In this document: positions 17,860-27,266 of the stretch, piece after piece
Layout of the letters: each line of letters opens with the position of its first letter
How positions within the stretch are numbered: the stretch's first letter is position 1
Origin: Dehalococcoidia bacterium
GTDB lineage: Bacteria > Chloroflexota > Dehalococcoidia > UBA2979
DNA length: 64,000 nucleotides
Reading direction: 5' to 3'
NCBI GenBank assembly: GCA_964291495.2
Contig: OZ219871.1
Coordinates: 96,001 to 160,000, forward strand
Notes under the pieces: generated by a model
What the model was told of the DNA's origin: nothing
The model's database searches: none
Seen by the model: the letters and a program-made list of their open reading frames with translations, nothing else
Position numbers and translations under genes: made by a program

Positions 17860-19173
17860 TTACGGCCCGGCCGCCGGCGGCGTCGGGTAGCGGGCCGCGG
17901 TGAGCGCCAGCGCGGCGGCGAGGAAGAAGACGATGATCAGCGTGAATGGACCCTCGTAGCCGCCGGCGCGGTCGAACCAGATGCCGAGGACGAGCGGCCC
18001 GGCGGCGTTGAAGCCGAGCGCCACCGGCTGGAACGAGCCGCGGATCAGGCCGAGTTGCAGCCTCCCGAAGTACTCGGCGTAGACCACCTGGAGCTGCGTC
18101 ACCATCACGCCGAAGAACACCCCGTACCAGAGGGCGTAGAGCAGCGCCATGCCGAAGCTGTTGACCGCGAGCAGCAGCAGCACGCCGCTGCTCTGGAACA
18201 CCAGCGCAACCGCCATCGTCCAGCGGGAACGCAGTCGCGAGGCAATAGCGCCGCCGAACAGCCCTCCGCCGGCGCCGGCGATCGACATCACGGTCAGGAT
18301 CAACGCCGCCTGGGTCGTCGTGAGACCGCGGTCGACGAGGTGCGGGATCTGGTGGAAGTTGATCGCGCCGTTGCCGAAGATCGCGAGGGCGAACGCCGCT
18401 CCGACCAGCCAGTAGGCGCGCGTGCGCAGCGCCGCGCCGAGCGTCCAGGCCGGGTCGAGCAGCGCGGCCGCCCGGCGCTGCTCGGGTGTGGGCGGAGGAT
18501 CTCCGTCCGGGTGCAGGCCCATGTCCTCGGGGCGACGGCGCATCAACAGCAGCGCCGGCACGATCCCGAAGACCAGGAAGACGACGGCGAGCGCCCGGAA
18601 GCCGTCCGGCCAGCCGCGCGCCGCGATCACGAGCGCGACCATCAGCGGGATCACCGCGTTCCCGACGCGCATGCCGAGCGTGCCGATCGCGATCGCGATC
18701 GGTCGCCGCCGGATGAACCAGTTGGAGACCGCGACGACGGCGGCGGCCATCATCGCCGAGATCGCCAGCGCGCGACCGGCCGCGAAGATCAGGTAGAACT
18801 GCCACAGCTCGCTCAGCTCGGCGAGCAGCAGGCAGCCCACCCCAAGCGCCACGGCCGGACCGGCGATCATCCAGCGCGCGCCGTAGCGGTCGATGACCAC
18901 GCCGAAGAACGGGGAGAGCACGCCGCCGGCGAGACTGCCGATCGTCAGCGCTCCGGCGACCTCCGCGCGGCTCCAGCCGAACTCCTCGTGCAGCGCCGGC
19001 TGGAAGATGCCAAGCACCGAGTTGAGGTACCCGACGTGCGAGAACGTCGCGAGGAAGGCGACGCCGACGATCGTCCACCCGTAGAACCAGCGCCCGGAAT
19101 GCAGCAGCCGGAGGCCGCCGGGCCGGGCCGGGCGGGCATCAGCCGGCCGCGATCGTCGAGAACCGGCCGGCAT
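17860..19173 (-). CDS. MFS transporter (OFA/MCT-like)
   Basis: FYGWTIV, GVVIDRYGAR, NWFIRRR and AEYFGR motifs. Confidence 0.9.
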   Translation of the reverse strand: MPAGSRRSRPADARPARPGGLRLLHSGRWFYGWTIVGVAFLATFSHVGYLNSVLGIFQPALHEEFGWSRAEVAGALTIGSLAGGVLSPFFGVVIDRYGARWMIAGPAVALGVGCLLLAELSELWQFYLIFAAGRALAISAMMAAAVVAVSNWFIRRRPIAIAIGTLGMRVGNAVIPLMVALVIAARGWPDGFRALAVVFLVFGIVPALLLMRRRPEDMGLHPDGDPPPTPEQRRAAALLDPAWTLGAALRTRAYWLVGAAFALAIFGNGAINFHQIPHLVDRGLTTTQAALILTVMSIAGAGGGLFGGAIASRLRSRWTMAVALVFQSSGVLLLLAVNSFGMALLYALWYGVFFGVMVTQLQVVYAEYFGRLQLGLIRGSFQPVALGFNAAGPLVLGIWFDRAGGYEGPFTLIIVFFLAAALALTAARYPTPPAAGP

Positions 19174-19324
19174 CAGCGCCCTTCTCCGGGACCGGCGGCG
19201 CTCCGGGCCGCGCGATCGTTGACCGCGTCCAGCGCGCGCGCGTACGGTGCTGAGACCTTAGCGCAGCACGCCGCCAGGGGCTGCGTGGAGCGCCGCGAGG
19301 TTCAGCGGCGACGGGAGACCGGCG

Positions 19325-19774
19325 ATGCTCGGATGGCTGCGGTCCGTCGTGCTGACCCTGATCTTCGCGCTGCTCGGCGCCGCGGCCGGGCGCGCCTTCG
19401 CCGAGCAGCGCCGCCGCGCCGAGGAAGGCGAGCCGGACCTGCTCGACGAGGGCCCCGAGGCGGTCCTCGAAGTCGCGCTCGCCCAGCCCACGGTGCAGGA
19501 GATCGTGCCGGGCCTGGTGGCGGCGACGCGGGTGCGGCACCGCCCCTGGTCCTTCCTCGGCATCCCACCCTGGGCGGCGGCCTTCGCCGTCAACTTCCTG
19601 GTTACGGCGATGGGCGGCAGCCTGAGCGAGGCCCTCGAGCGCGCCGGCCTGATGACGTCGGATGAGGCGGGGACGGTGATCGACGACTTCCCGGCGGACG
19701 CCGCTGCGACAGGCGGCGGTGAGCCGCCGCCGGACCCCCCACCGGCGGAGGGCTTCACGCCGTTCGAGGAGTGA
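19325..19774 (+). CDS. Hypothetical membrane protein
   Basis: N-terminal hydrophobic segment, SD GGGAG, first gene of a + strand run. Confidence 0.65.
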   Translation: MLGWLRSVVLTLIFALLGAAAGRAFAEQRRRAEEGEPDLLDEGPEAVLEVALAQPTVQEIVPGLVAATRVRHRPWSFLGIPPWAAAFAVNFLVTAMGGSLSEALERAGLMTSDEAGTVIDDFPADAAATGGGEPPPDPPPAEGFTPFEE

Positions 19775-19811
19775 GCCGCCACGCCCTCGGAGCCGCGCAA
19801 CCGACTCGGGG

Positions 19812-20228
19812 ATGCGCATGACGGAGCGCGAGTTCACGCTGGACGAGGCGCGCGAGGCGCTGGCCGCCGCGCGGCCGGCGTTCGAGGAACTGCGAGAGGT
19901 ACAGCGCCAGATCAACGTGCTCTCCGGCGAACTCGCACGGATTCGCGAGCGAAGCCGCGGGAACGGCCGCGCGCACGGCGCGCACGAGCGCGAGACCGCG
20001 GGACGCATCACCGTGCTGGGCGAGCGCGCGCAACGCCTGCTCGCCGCGATCACGGATGCGGGCGCCGAAGTGAAGGGCCTCGAGCAGGGCCTGCTCGACT
20101 TCCCGACGACGATCGAGGGCCGGCCCGCCTACTGGTGCTGGCAGGCCGGCGAGGCGGACATCGGCTGGTGGCACCCGCGCGAGAGCGGCTTCGCCGGCCG
20201 CCGCCCGATCGACCCGACAGCGCCGTAG
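19812..20228 (+). CDS. DUF2203 family protein
   Basis: FTLDEA, KGLEQGLLDFP, YWCWQAGE and WWH...GFAGRRPI motifs. Confidence 0.85.
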   Translation: MRMTEREFTLDEAREALAAARPAFEELREVQRQINVLSGELARIRERSRGNGRAHGAHERETAGRITVLGERAQRLLAAITDAGAEVKGLEQGLLDFPTTIEGRPAYWCWQAGEADIGWWHPRESGFAGRRPIDPTAP

Positions 20229-20313
20229 CGAGGGGCTGACCAACGCCCGGCGCTTGCTCGCCCCCACCCCGCCTCGGTACTCTCAGCGTGGGGGACCGGC
20301 CCGGAGGGCACCT

Positions 20314-20874
20314 ATGCAACTCGCGCTCGTTCTGGGCGCCGCCTACCTCCTCGGCTCCGTGCCGAGCGCCTACCTCGTCGTTCGCCGCCTGACCGGCGAG
20401 GACATTCGCCGCATCGGCAGCGGCAACCCCGGAACCATGAACGTGCGCGACCACGTCGGTTTCAAGACCGCGGTGATCGTCGGCGCGCTGGACATCGGCA
20501 AGGGCGCCGCCGCGGTCGCCCTCGCCTACGCCGTCGGCCTCGGCGAGGGCGAAGCCGTGCTGGCGGGCTTCGTCGCCGTCGTCGGCCACCTGTGGCCGAT
20601 CTTCCTGCGGCTGGATGGAGGCAACGGGACGGGCCCGACGGTGGGCGCGATCCTCGTGCTGCTGCCCGCTCCGACCCTGATCGCCAGCGCCGTCGCCTTC
20701 ATCGTCTGGCGGCTCGCTGGCTCGAGGCGGCTCGCCGGCCTCACCGGCCTGCTCTCCGTGATCCCGATCGCCTACGTGCTGGAAGCGCCGCAGACGCCGA
20801 TGGTCGGCGTCGCCGCACTCGTCGCCCTGCTCTTCGTCAAGCTCTGGCGCGTCGAAGGGGTGGCGATCGCATGA
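20314..20874 (+). CDS. plsY: Glycerol-3-phosphate acyltransferase PlsY
   Basis: YLLGSVP, GSGNPGTMNV, DIGKG and GHLWPIF motifs; motif 2 is GGNG rather than the usual GGKG, so possibly a paralogue. Confidence 0.8.
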   Translation: MQLALVLGAAYLLGSVPSAYLVVRRLTGEDIRRIGSGNPGTMNVRDHVGFKTAVIVGALDIGKGAAAVALAYAVGLGEGEAVLAGFVAVVGHLWPIFLRLDGGNGTGPTVGAILVLLPAPTLIASAVAFIVWRLAGSRRLAGLTGLLSVIPIAYVLEAPQTPMVGVAALVALLFVKLWRVEGVAIA

Positions 20875-21731
20875 CCTCCCCGATGAGCGACCACTTCTCC
20901 GATCTGCTCGAGCGCTTCCGCGTCACCGTCGCCGGGCGGCCGGATGAGACGCCGCTGGCGCGCGCCGCGCTGCTCATCGCCCAGGCCGAGGCGCCCGGCC
21001 TCGACATCGACCGCTACGAGGCGCAGCTTGACGAGTGGGGACGCGAGCTGGCGGCGCGCGTGCTTCCCGCCGGCGGGCCCGAGGAGCGACTCGACGCCGC
21101 GAACGACCTGCTCTTCAACGAGCTCGGCTTCCGCGGTAACGAGGACCACTACGCCGACCCTCGCAACCTGCTGCTGCACGAGGTGATCGAGCGGCGCACC
21201 GGCATCCCCGTCTCGCTCGCCATCCTCGCCGTCGACGTCGGCCAGCGCGCCGGTCTGGCGTTGCACGCCGTCGGGCTGCCGGGCCACGTGGTGACCCGCC
21301 TCGACGTCGAGGACGGCGAGCCGCTGTTCAGCGACGTCTTCCGCGGCGGCGCCCGGCGCTCGGTGGAGCAACTGGAGCAGATCGTGCGCTCGATCTACGG
21401 CGCCCGCACGCCCTTCCGCGACCACTTCCTGGACCCGCTCACGCCTCGGCAGGTGCTGCAGCGGCTGCTGCACAACCTCAAGGGCCGGGCGCTCCAGCGT
21501 GGCGACGAGGAGCAGGCGGAGCGCGCGATCGAGTTGCTGCTCACGCTCGCCCCCTGGGATCTCGACGAGTTGCGGGACCGCGGCCGCCTGCAGGAGCGCG
21601 CCGGCAACTACGCCGCCGCGCTGCCGGACCTCGAGGCCTACGTGCGCTTCCGGCCGGAAGCGCCGGACGCCGCAACGATCACCGAGGCGGTACGCTCGCT
21701 GCGGCGTCACCTCGCAGCCGAGACGGCCTGA
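20871..21731 (+). CDS. SirB1-like transglutaminase-fold protein with C-terminal TPR
   Basis: GFRGNEDHY, RRTGIPVSL, GLPGHV and ELRDRG motifs. Confidence 0.85.
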   Translation: MTSPMSDHFSDLLERFRVTVAGRPDETPLARAALLIAQAEAPGLDIDRYEAQLDEWGRELAARVLPAGGPEERLDAANDLLFNELGFRGNEDHYADPRNLLLHEVIERRTGIPVSLAILAVDVGQRAGLALHAVGLPGHVVTRLDVEDGEPLFSDVFRGGARRSVEQLEQIVRSIYGARTPFRDHFLDPLTPRQVLQRLLHNLKGRALQRGDEEQAERAIELLLTLAPWDLDELRDRGRLQERAGNYAAALPDLEAYVRFRPEAPDAATITEAVRSLRRHLAAETA

Positions 21732-21758
21732 GCGGGCACGGGACGGATTGAGGCGGTA

Positions 21759-22316
21759 ATGGCGCAATCCTCGCACCCCTCGCGCGCGCTCAAGCGTGAA
21801 CTGCTCTCCGAAACGACCGCACCGGCAAGCGAGCTCGTGATCGTCAGCGAGCGTTTCGAGTACGCCACGCAGCACTCCAGCGAGTTCGTCGACATCACCG
21901 CCGACGTGCGCTCGGTCATCGAGCGCTCGGGCGTCGTCGTCGGACAGGTGCTGGCCGCATCGGCGCACACGACGGCGGCGGTAACCGTGCAGGAGCACGA
22001 GCCGCTGCTGCTGCGCGACATGGCGCGCGTCCTCGACCGCATCATCCCCGCCGACGACTACTACGAGCACAACGACTTCACGATCCGCACCGACGTACCC
22101 GAGGGCGAGCCGGAGAACGGCCACTCGCACTGCCAGCACCTGCTGATCGGCGCGAGCGAGACGCTGCCGATCCAGAACGGCGAGGTCCGGCTCGGCGTCT
22201 GGCAGAGCATCTTCCTCGTCGAGCTCGACTTCCCGCCGGGCCGCTTCGAGGGCGAGCAGCTGCGCAGCGTCACCGTGCAGGTCATGGGCCTGCGCGGCGA
22301 AGCCGAGTCCGGCTAG
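21759..22316 (+). CDS. YjbQ/UPF0047 family protein
   Basis: HTTAAV, NGHSH and LGVWQSIFLVELD motifs. Confidence 0.9.
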   Translation: MAQSSHPSRALKRELLSETTAPASELVIVSERFEYATQHSSEFVDITADVRSVIERSGVVVGQVLAASAHTTAAVTVQEHEPLLLRDMARVLDRIIPADDYYEHNDFTIRTDVPEGEPENGHSHCQHLLIGASETLPIQNGEVRLGVWQSIFLVELDFPPGRFEGEQLRSVTVQVMGLRGEAESG

Positions 22317-22365
22317 CGCCCCACCCCGGTGCTGACTGCCCTCGCCGGCCGCGCTGTCGCGCGGC

Positions 22366-22482
22366 GCCCCCTCACCCCCCGCCCTCCCCCGCCAGGGGGG
22401 AGGGAGCCGGATCGGCGCGCCGAAGTCCCGAGGCCGGATCCGATCCCCTCTCCCCCTGCGGGAGAGGGTTAGGGTGAGGGGG
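22366..22482. repeat. Intergenic repeat cluster 3: inverted pair of BoxC-like elements
   Basis: cccctcaccccccgccctcccccgccaggggggaggg ... cccctctccccctgcgggagagggttagggtgaggggg. Confidence 0.85.
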
Positions 22483-22523
22483 ACTCCGGTTCCCCCTGCC
22501 CGGCACCTCGCTACGATGGCGCC

Positions 22524-23699
22524 GTGAGCACGCAACCGGCAGCCGACGACTTCGCCCTCGCAGCGGGCGCGACGCCCCTCGCGGCGGTGATCGAGGCGGA
22601 GATCGCCGCCGCGGGGCGCATCACCTTCGCGCGCTTCATGGAGCTCGCCCTCGGTCACCCGGAGCACGGCTACTACGCCCGCCCCGGCCTCGCCTGGGGC
22701 CGCGACGGCGACTACGAGACCTCGCCCGAGGTGCACCCGATCTTCGGCTACCTCTGGGCGCGTCAGGTCGCCGACTGCTGGGAGCGCCTCGGAGCACCCC
22801 CGGCCTTCGAGCTCGTAGAGCCGGGCGCGGGATCCGGCGCCTTCGCCTCGGCACTGCTCGACTGGCTGCGGGCGCGCGCACCGGACTGCCACGCCGCCGC
22901 GCGCGTCACCCTGCTCGACGGCCACCCGGCGCGCGGCGACGAGCAGCGAGCCGCCCTCGCCGCCCGCGGCCACGAGGCGCGCACCGCCCTGCTCGCCGAC
23001 TGGCTTGCCGAGCCCGAACCCATCGAGGGCGTCGCGATCAGCAACGAGCTGTTCGACGCCTTCCCCGTCCACCTCGTCGAGCGCCGCGGCGAGGAGCTGC
23101 GCGAGTGGTACGTGACGAGCGAGGGCGGCGCGCTGCGCCTCAAGCTGGGCGAGCTCAGCGACCCGGCGCTCGCCGCGCACTTCGCGCGCCTCGGCGTCGA
23201 GCCCGGCGACGGCTGCCGCGCCGAGGTCTCGTTCGCGGCGATCGAGGTGATGCGCGCGCTTGCCTCGCGCTTCCGTCGTGGCTACCTGCTGACGATCGAC
23301 TACGGCTACGAGGCGGAGCGGCTCTACGCGCCGTGGCGGCGCATGGGCACGCTGATGGCGTTCCGCCGCCACAGCCCGCAGCCGGACCCGCTCGCCCAGC
23401 CCGGCCTCACCGACCTCACCGCCCACGTCGACCTCACCTCGCTGGCCGCCGCGGCCTCCGACGCCGGCTTCGAATCCGCCCCCTCCGTCTCCCAGTCCGA
23501 GGCCTTGATCGCCCTCGGCATCGGCGAGCAGCTGGAAGCCGCCCGCGAGCGCGCCTCCGGCGACCTCGCCGCCTACACCACCGCCCGCCGCGCCGCCGAC
23601 ACCCTCCTCGACCCCGCCGGGTTGGGTCGCGTGCGCGTGCTGGTGCAGGCGAAGGGGGTGGGGTTGGAGGGGTTGGCTTGTTTGCGGGGGGTGGGTTGA
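22524..23699 (+). CDS. MidA/NDUFAF7-family SAM-dependent methyltransferase
   Basis: ITFARFMELAL, GDYETSPEV, EPGAGSG, SNELFDAFP, IDYG and DLTAHVD motifs. Confidence 0.9.
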   Translation: MSTQPAADDFALAAGATPLAAVIEAEIAAAGRITFARFMELALGHPEHGYYARPGLAWGRDGDYETSPEVHPIFGYLWARQVADCWERLGAPPAFELVEPGAGSGAFASALLDWLRARAPDCHAAARVTLLDGHPARGDEQRAALAARGHEARTALLADWLAEPEPIEGVAISNELFDAFPVHLVERRGEELREWYVTSEGGALRLKLGELSDPALAAHFARLGVEPGDGCRAEVSFAAIEVMRALASRFRRGYLLTIDYGYEAERLYAPWRRMGTLMAFRRHSPQPDPLAQPGLTDLTAHVDLTSLAAAASDAGFESAPSVSQSEALIALGIGEQLEAARERASGDLAAYTTARRAADTLLDPAGLGRVRVLVQAKGVGLEGLACLRGVG

Positions 23700-23751
23700 C
23701 GCCCGCCGTCGCGGTAGCCCCCAATCCCCCAACCCGTGCGACAATGGCCGC

Positions 23752-24174
23752 ATGCCAGCAACGACGACCGGCTACAGCGAGGCGCTGATCGATCACTTTG
23801 AGCGGCCGCGCAACGCGGGGGCGATGGAGGATGCGGACGCCGAGGCGTACGTGACCAACCCCGTGTGCGGGGATTCGATGCGCATCTTCCTGCGGATCGA
23901 GGATGAGCGCGTGGCCGCCGCTTCCTTCCTGACCTCCGGCTGCCCCGCCTCCATCGGCACGTCCTCCGCCGCCACCGAACTGCTGATCGGACGCAGCCTC
24001 GACGAGGCCGCGGCGCTCAGCCGTGAGGACTACGCCGAGGCCGTCGGCGGGCTGCCGAAGTCCAAGCTGCACTGCTCCGTCCTCGCCGCCGCCGCCGTGC
24101 GCGAGGCGATCGAGGGCTGGCGCAACGATCACGTCACTGCCGAGGCCGGCGAGCGCGCGGGAGCCGCCTCGTGA
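23752..24174 (+). CDS. iscU: Fe-S cluster scaffold IscU/NifU
   Basis: DHFERPRNAG, NPVCGD, GC and KLHCSVLA motifs. Confidence 0.9.
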   Translation: MPATTTGYSEALIDHFERPRNAGAMEDADAEAYVTNPVCGDSMRIFLRIEDERVAAASFLTSGCPASIGTSSAATELLIGRSLDEAAALSREDYAEAVGGLPKSKLHCSVLAAAAVREAIEGWRNDHVTAEAGERAGAAS

Positions 24175-24800
24175 GCGTCGCGGCGCTCCTGCTCGCCGCC
24201 GGGGCTTCGACCCGCATGGGCTCGCCCAAGCCGCTGCTGCCCTGGGGCGGCGGCTCGCTGCTCGCCTGGGAGCTCGACGAGCTCACACGCACGCAGATCG
24301 AGGGCATCGTGGTCGTCACCGGCGCGTACGCCGACGACGTGCGGCGCGCGCTGCCCGAGGGCCGGCGCCAGCACTGCGTGTTCAACGCGCGCTGGGCGCA
24401 GGGCCGCTCGACCTCGCTGGCCGCGGGCGCGGCGGCGCTGCTCTCGCCCATGCGCAGGCGCCCCGACGCGGTCGTGATCCAGAACGTGGACCAGCCGACG
24501 CGCGCCGACATCATCGACCGGCTCGTCGACGAGCTGCGCTCGACGGGCGCGGAGGCCGTCCAGCCCTCGTACCTCGGCTCGCGGGGCCACCCGGTCGTCG
24601 TCTCCGGCGAGCTGCTCGAGGAGTTGGCGGCGGCGACGGAGGAGGAGCTGGGCCTGCGCTCCGTGCTGCGCCGCCACCCGCCGCTGGAGCTGGCGATGGA
24701 CGACGAGCCGATCGTGCGCATCGACCTCGACACGCCCGACACGCTCGCCGAGGGCCGCCGGCTCTGCGGCGTCCCCGACCCCGCCCCCGCCGGGCGGTAG
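24171..24800 (+). CDS. MocA/MobA-like nucleotidyltransferase
   Basis: LLAAGASTRMGSPKPLL, DQP, GHPV and DLDTP motifs. Confidence 0.85.
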   Translation: MSVAALLLAAGASTRMGSPKPLLPWGGGSLLAWELDELTRTQIEGIVVVTGAYADDVRRALPEGRRQHCVFNARWAQGRSTSLAAGAAALLSPMRRRPDAVVIQNVDQPTRADIIDRLVDELRSTGAEAVQPSYLGSRGHPVVVSGELLEELAAATEEELGLRSVLRRHPPLELAMDDEPIVRIDLDTPDTLAEGRRLCGVPDPAPAGR

Positions 24801-24838
24801 CGGCGGCCGGGCTGGCCGGACGCAGCGAGGCGGCCCGC

Positions 24839-25591
24839 GTGTCCGGCGAGCCGCTGCGCCTCGACTGCCTGGGGTCCGGGTTCGCGTTCTCGCACGGGAG
24901 CTACTGGAGCGGGTTCCTGCTCGACGGGCGGGTGCTGCTCGACTGCCCGCCGCAGACGCTCGCGCACCTCTTCCGGCTCGGCGTGGCGACGCAGGCGATC
25001 GACCTCGTGCTGCTCTCGCACGAGCACTCCGACCACATCGGCGGCATGGACCTCTTCCTGCTGGAGGCGACGGTGGGCCGCGCGGCCCGCGAGGGGGCCC
25101 CACGCGAGCGGCCGCTCGCCGTCGCCGGACCGCCCGGCATCCACGCCCGGCTGCGCGAGGTGATCGGGCCCTCGGAGCGGCTGCCGGAGCGCGACGACCC
25201 GCGCGTGCGCTGGTTCGAGCAGGCGGGCGGCTCGGCCTTCGAGTGGGCCGGGCTGCGTGTCGACTGCGTCTCGATGGAGCACGGCCACGGCATCGAGGCG
25301 CTCGGCTTCCGCGTCTCGCACCCGGACGGCGTCGTCGCCTACACCGGCGACACGGCCTACGTCGACGCCGTGCTGACCCTCGCCGAGGGCGGGGACCTGC
25401 TGATCACGGAGTGCGGCGGCGACCGGCCCTACGGCCACACGAGCTGGGAGGACGTGCGCGAGCTGCGCGACGCCCTCGCCCCCTCGACGCGCCTGCTGGT
25501 GACGCACTACGACCCGCTCGCCGTGCCGGACTGGGCGCGCGCCCTCGGTGGCGTCGAGCTGGCCGAGGATTTCGCCGTCTACGAGATCTGA
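24839..25591 (+). CDS. Metallo-beta-lactamase-fold hydrolase (RNase Z-like)
   Basis: LGSG, SHEHSDHIGG, YTGDT and LVTH motifs; GTG at 24839. Confidence 0.85.
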   Translation: MSGEPLRLDCLGSGFAFSHGSYWSGFLLDGRVLLDCPPQTLAHLFRLGVATQAIDLVLLSHEHSDHIGGMDLFLLEATVGRAAREGAPRERPLAVAGPPGIHARLREVIGPSERLPERDDPRVRWFEQAGGSAFEWAGLRVDCVSMEHGHGIEALGFRVSHPDGVVAYTGDTAYVDAVLTLAEGGDLLITECGGDRPYGHTSWEDVRELRDALAPSTRLLVTHYDPLAVPDWARALGGVELAEDFAVYEI

Positions 25592-26208
25592 GGCGGCAGC
25601 GTCTCCCAGTCCGGCGCAAGCACCGGGATGCCGAGCTCGGGGGTTGGCGCCCAGGTCCGCCAGCGATCGTCGATGGCGGGGTGGTCGCCACGCTGGATCC
25701 AGGCGATCGCGCGCTCGGCCTCGGCGCGGGTCGCCTCGGCCTCCTCGCGGGTCATGCTGCCGTAGGCGACCGCCTCATCGAGCTCGTCCTCGTCCTTCCA
25801 CTCCGGCTCGCCGAGGCCGGGCGGGAAGACGATGTCGAGGTGCTGGTCGGAGGTATCGAGGCCGATCGCCGTGCGGCGGAAGGGCGCCTCGAGGTTCACG
25901 TACCAGCGCCGCACGTCGCCCTCGCCGAGGAAGACGAGCACGGAGTGGGCGGCGCCCTCGATGAAGACGCGCACCATCCCGCGGCCGTACCAGACGTCGT
26001 CGCGCAGCCGCCACTCACCGTGGGGCAGCCGGATGTCGTTGCCCTCGAGGTCGGTCGGGCGCTTCCAGACGGTGCCCGGCGGCGTGCAGGCGGCGATCAC
26101 GTCGCCGCGATCCTCGATGACGACGAAGGCCCAGGCCGTGAAGACGCGGCCGTACCAGATGCTGCGGCCGGTGATGTGGTCGCCGGGCTGCCAGCGGGCG
26201 GCGGTCAT
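25579..26208 (-). CDS. DUF402 (FomD-like) domain protein
   Basis: WYVNLEAP, DQHLDI and WKDEDEL motifs. Confidence 0.85.
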   Translation of the reverse strand: MTAARWQPGDHITGRSIWYGRVFTAWAFVVIEDRGDVIAACTPPGTVWKRPTDLEGNDIRLPHGEWRLRDDVWYGRGMVRVFIEGAAHSVLVFLGEGDVRRWYVNLEAPFRRTAIGLDTSDQHLDIVFPPGLGEPEWKDEDELDEAVAYGSMTREEAEATRAEAERAIAWIQRGDHPAIDDRWRTWAPTPELGIPVLAPDWETLPPQIS

Positions 26209-26252
26209 GAGTTGGCCGCGCGTATCAGGACGTTGGCGTCAACGAAGCGCAT
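26205..26252 (-). pseudogene. 15-codon remnant of a PIN-domain (VapC) toxin
   Basis: MRFVDANVLIRAANS* matches the PIN N-terminal hhDxNhh motif and overlaps the antitoxin stop. Confidence 0.65.
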
Positions 26253-26529
26253 TGCGGTCGTACAGCGCGTCCCGTGGGAGGTTGTCGGCCGACCGCAGGC
26301 CGCCGCCACGCGCCCGGATGTCCCGGAGCACGTCGTGCATCAACCTGATCCCCCGCTCGTGCTCATCCTCCTCCGTGGACGCGCTCGCCCCGGACGCACC
26401 TGGTCTCTCGACAGCGAGGCTCTGCAGGAACTCGCGAACGAGTGCCGAGACCGAGGTGCTGAGCTCCGCCGCCCGGATGTGAGCGAGGCGATGGGTCTCC
26501 TCGTCGACCGATACGGTGATCTTTCTCAT
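26239..26529 (-). CDS. Ribbon-helix-helix (VapB/CopG-like) antitoxin
   Basis: MRKITVSVDEE...AAELSTSVSALVREFL N-terminus and LPRDALYDR C-terminus. Confidence 0.8.
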   Translation of the reverse strand: MRKITVSVDEETHRLAHIRAAELSTSVSALVREFLQSLAVERPGASGASASTEEDEHERGIRLMHDVLRDIRARGGGLRSADNLPRDALYDRNALR

Positions 26530-26681
26530 CGTCACAGTCTCACAGTTCCTGTGCGACACGGTCTAGGCGGCCTTCCCGCCCGCAATGCCTCGCTCCACCG
26601 CGCTACCACCTGCCGCGAGCGTCGGCTATGCTTCGCCGCGAGCGCCGGATGCGGGAGACCGCGGCGGGACGAGGGGTTCGC

Positions 26682-27236
26682 GTGGCCTACGGACTGGGCA
26701 TCGCCAAGGGACTGCTCGTCACCTTCAAGCACATCTTCAGGCCCCCCATCACCGTCTCCTACCCGGAGGAGGAGCGCGACGTGCCCCTGCGCGCCCGCAC
26801 CAACCTGCTCTGGTTCGAGGAACGCTGCACCGGCTGCTCCACCTGCGCGCAGGCCTGTCCCGACGGCTGCATCCTCGTCGAGACCTCGCCGCGCGCCGAC
26901 GGCACCCTCAACATCGACCGCTACGAGATCGATTTCCGGATCTGCATGTACTGCGGGCTCTGCACCGAGGCCTGCCCCTACCAGGCGATCCAGGCCGGCG
27001 GGCGCTACGACGACGCCGTCTACGTCTTCGAGGACATGTACCGCGACCGCGACGCGCTCAGCCGCGAGGCGAGCGAGTACCTCGACCGCAGCGACGGCGT
27101 CTACCCCAACGGCCAGCAGCAGGAAGAGAACCCGCTGCGCACGGCGCTGCCGACCGCGCGCGGACGCTTCCCGGTCGCCGGCGAGGAGGGCCCGTTCGGC
27201 CCTCAGCACCTGCCCGGCAAGCTCGACCGCGACTAG
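26682..27236 (+). CDS. nuoI: NADH-quinone oxidoreductase subunit I-like 2x[4Fe-4S] protein
   Basis: GLLVTFKH, TVSYPEE, CTGCSTCAQACP and ICMYCGLCTEACP motifs. Confidence 0.85.
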   Translation: MAYGLGIAKGLLVTFKHIFRPPITVSYPEEERDVPLRARTNLLWFEERCTGCSTCAQACPDGCILVETSPRADGTLNIDRYEIDFRICMYCGLCTEACPYQAIQAGGRYDDAVYVFEDMYRDRDALSREASEYLDRSDGVYPNGQQQEENPLRTALPTARGRFPVAGEEGPFGPQHLPGKLDRD

Positions 27237-27266
27237 ACGCCCGCAGCGCGCACGGAGGAGCCGCCG

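Noticed and set aside
20772-23753. 993-aa minus-strand ORF and similar long shadow ORFs (4-2262, 8637-10964, 27690-30008, 36454-38988, 46799-49507)
   Set aside because: They overlap well-supported genes in other frames, have no motifs, and are expected in very high-GC DNA
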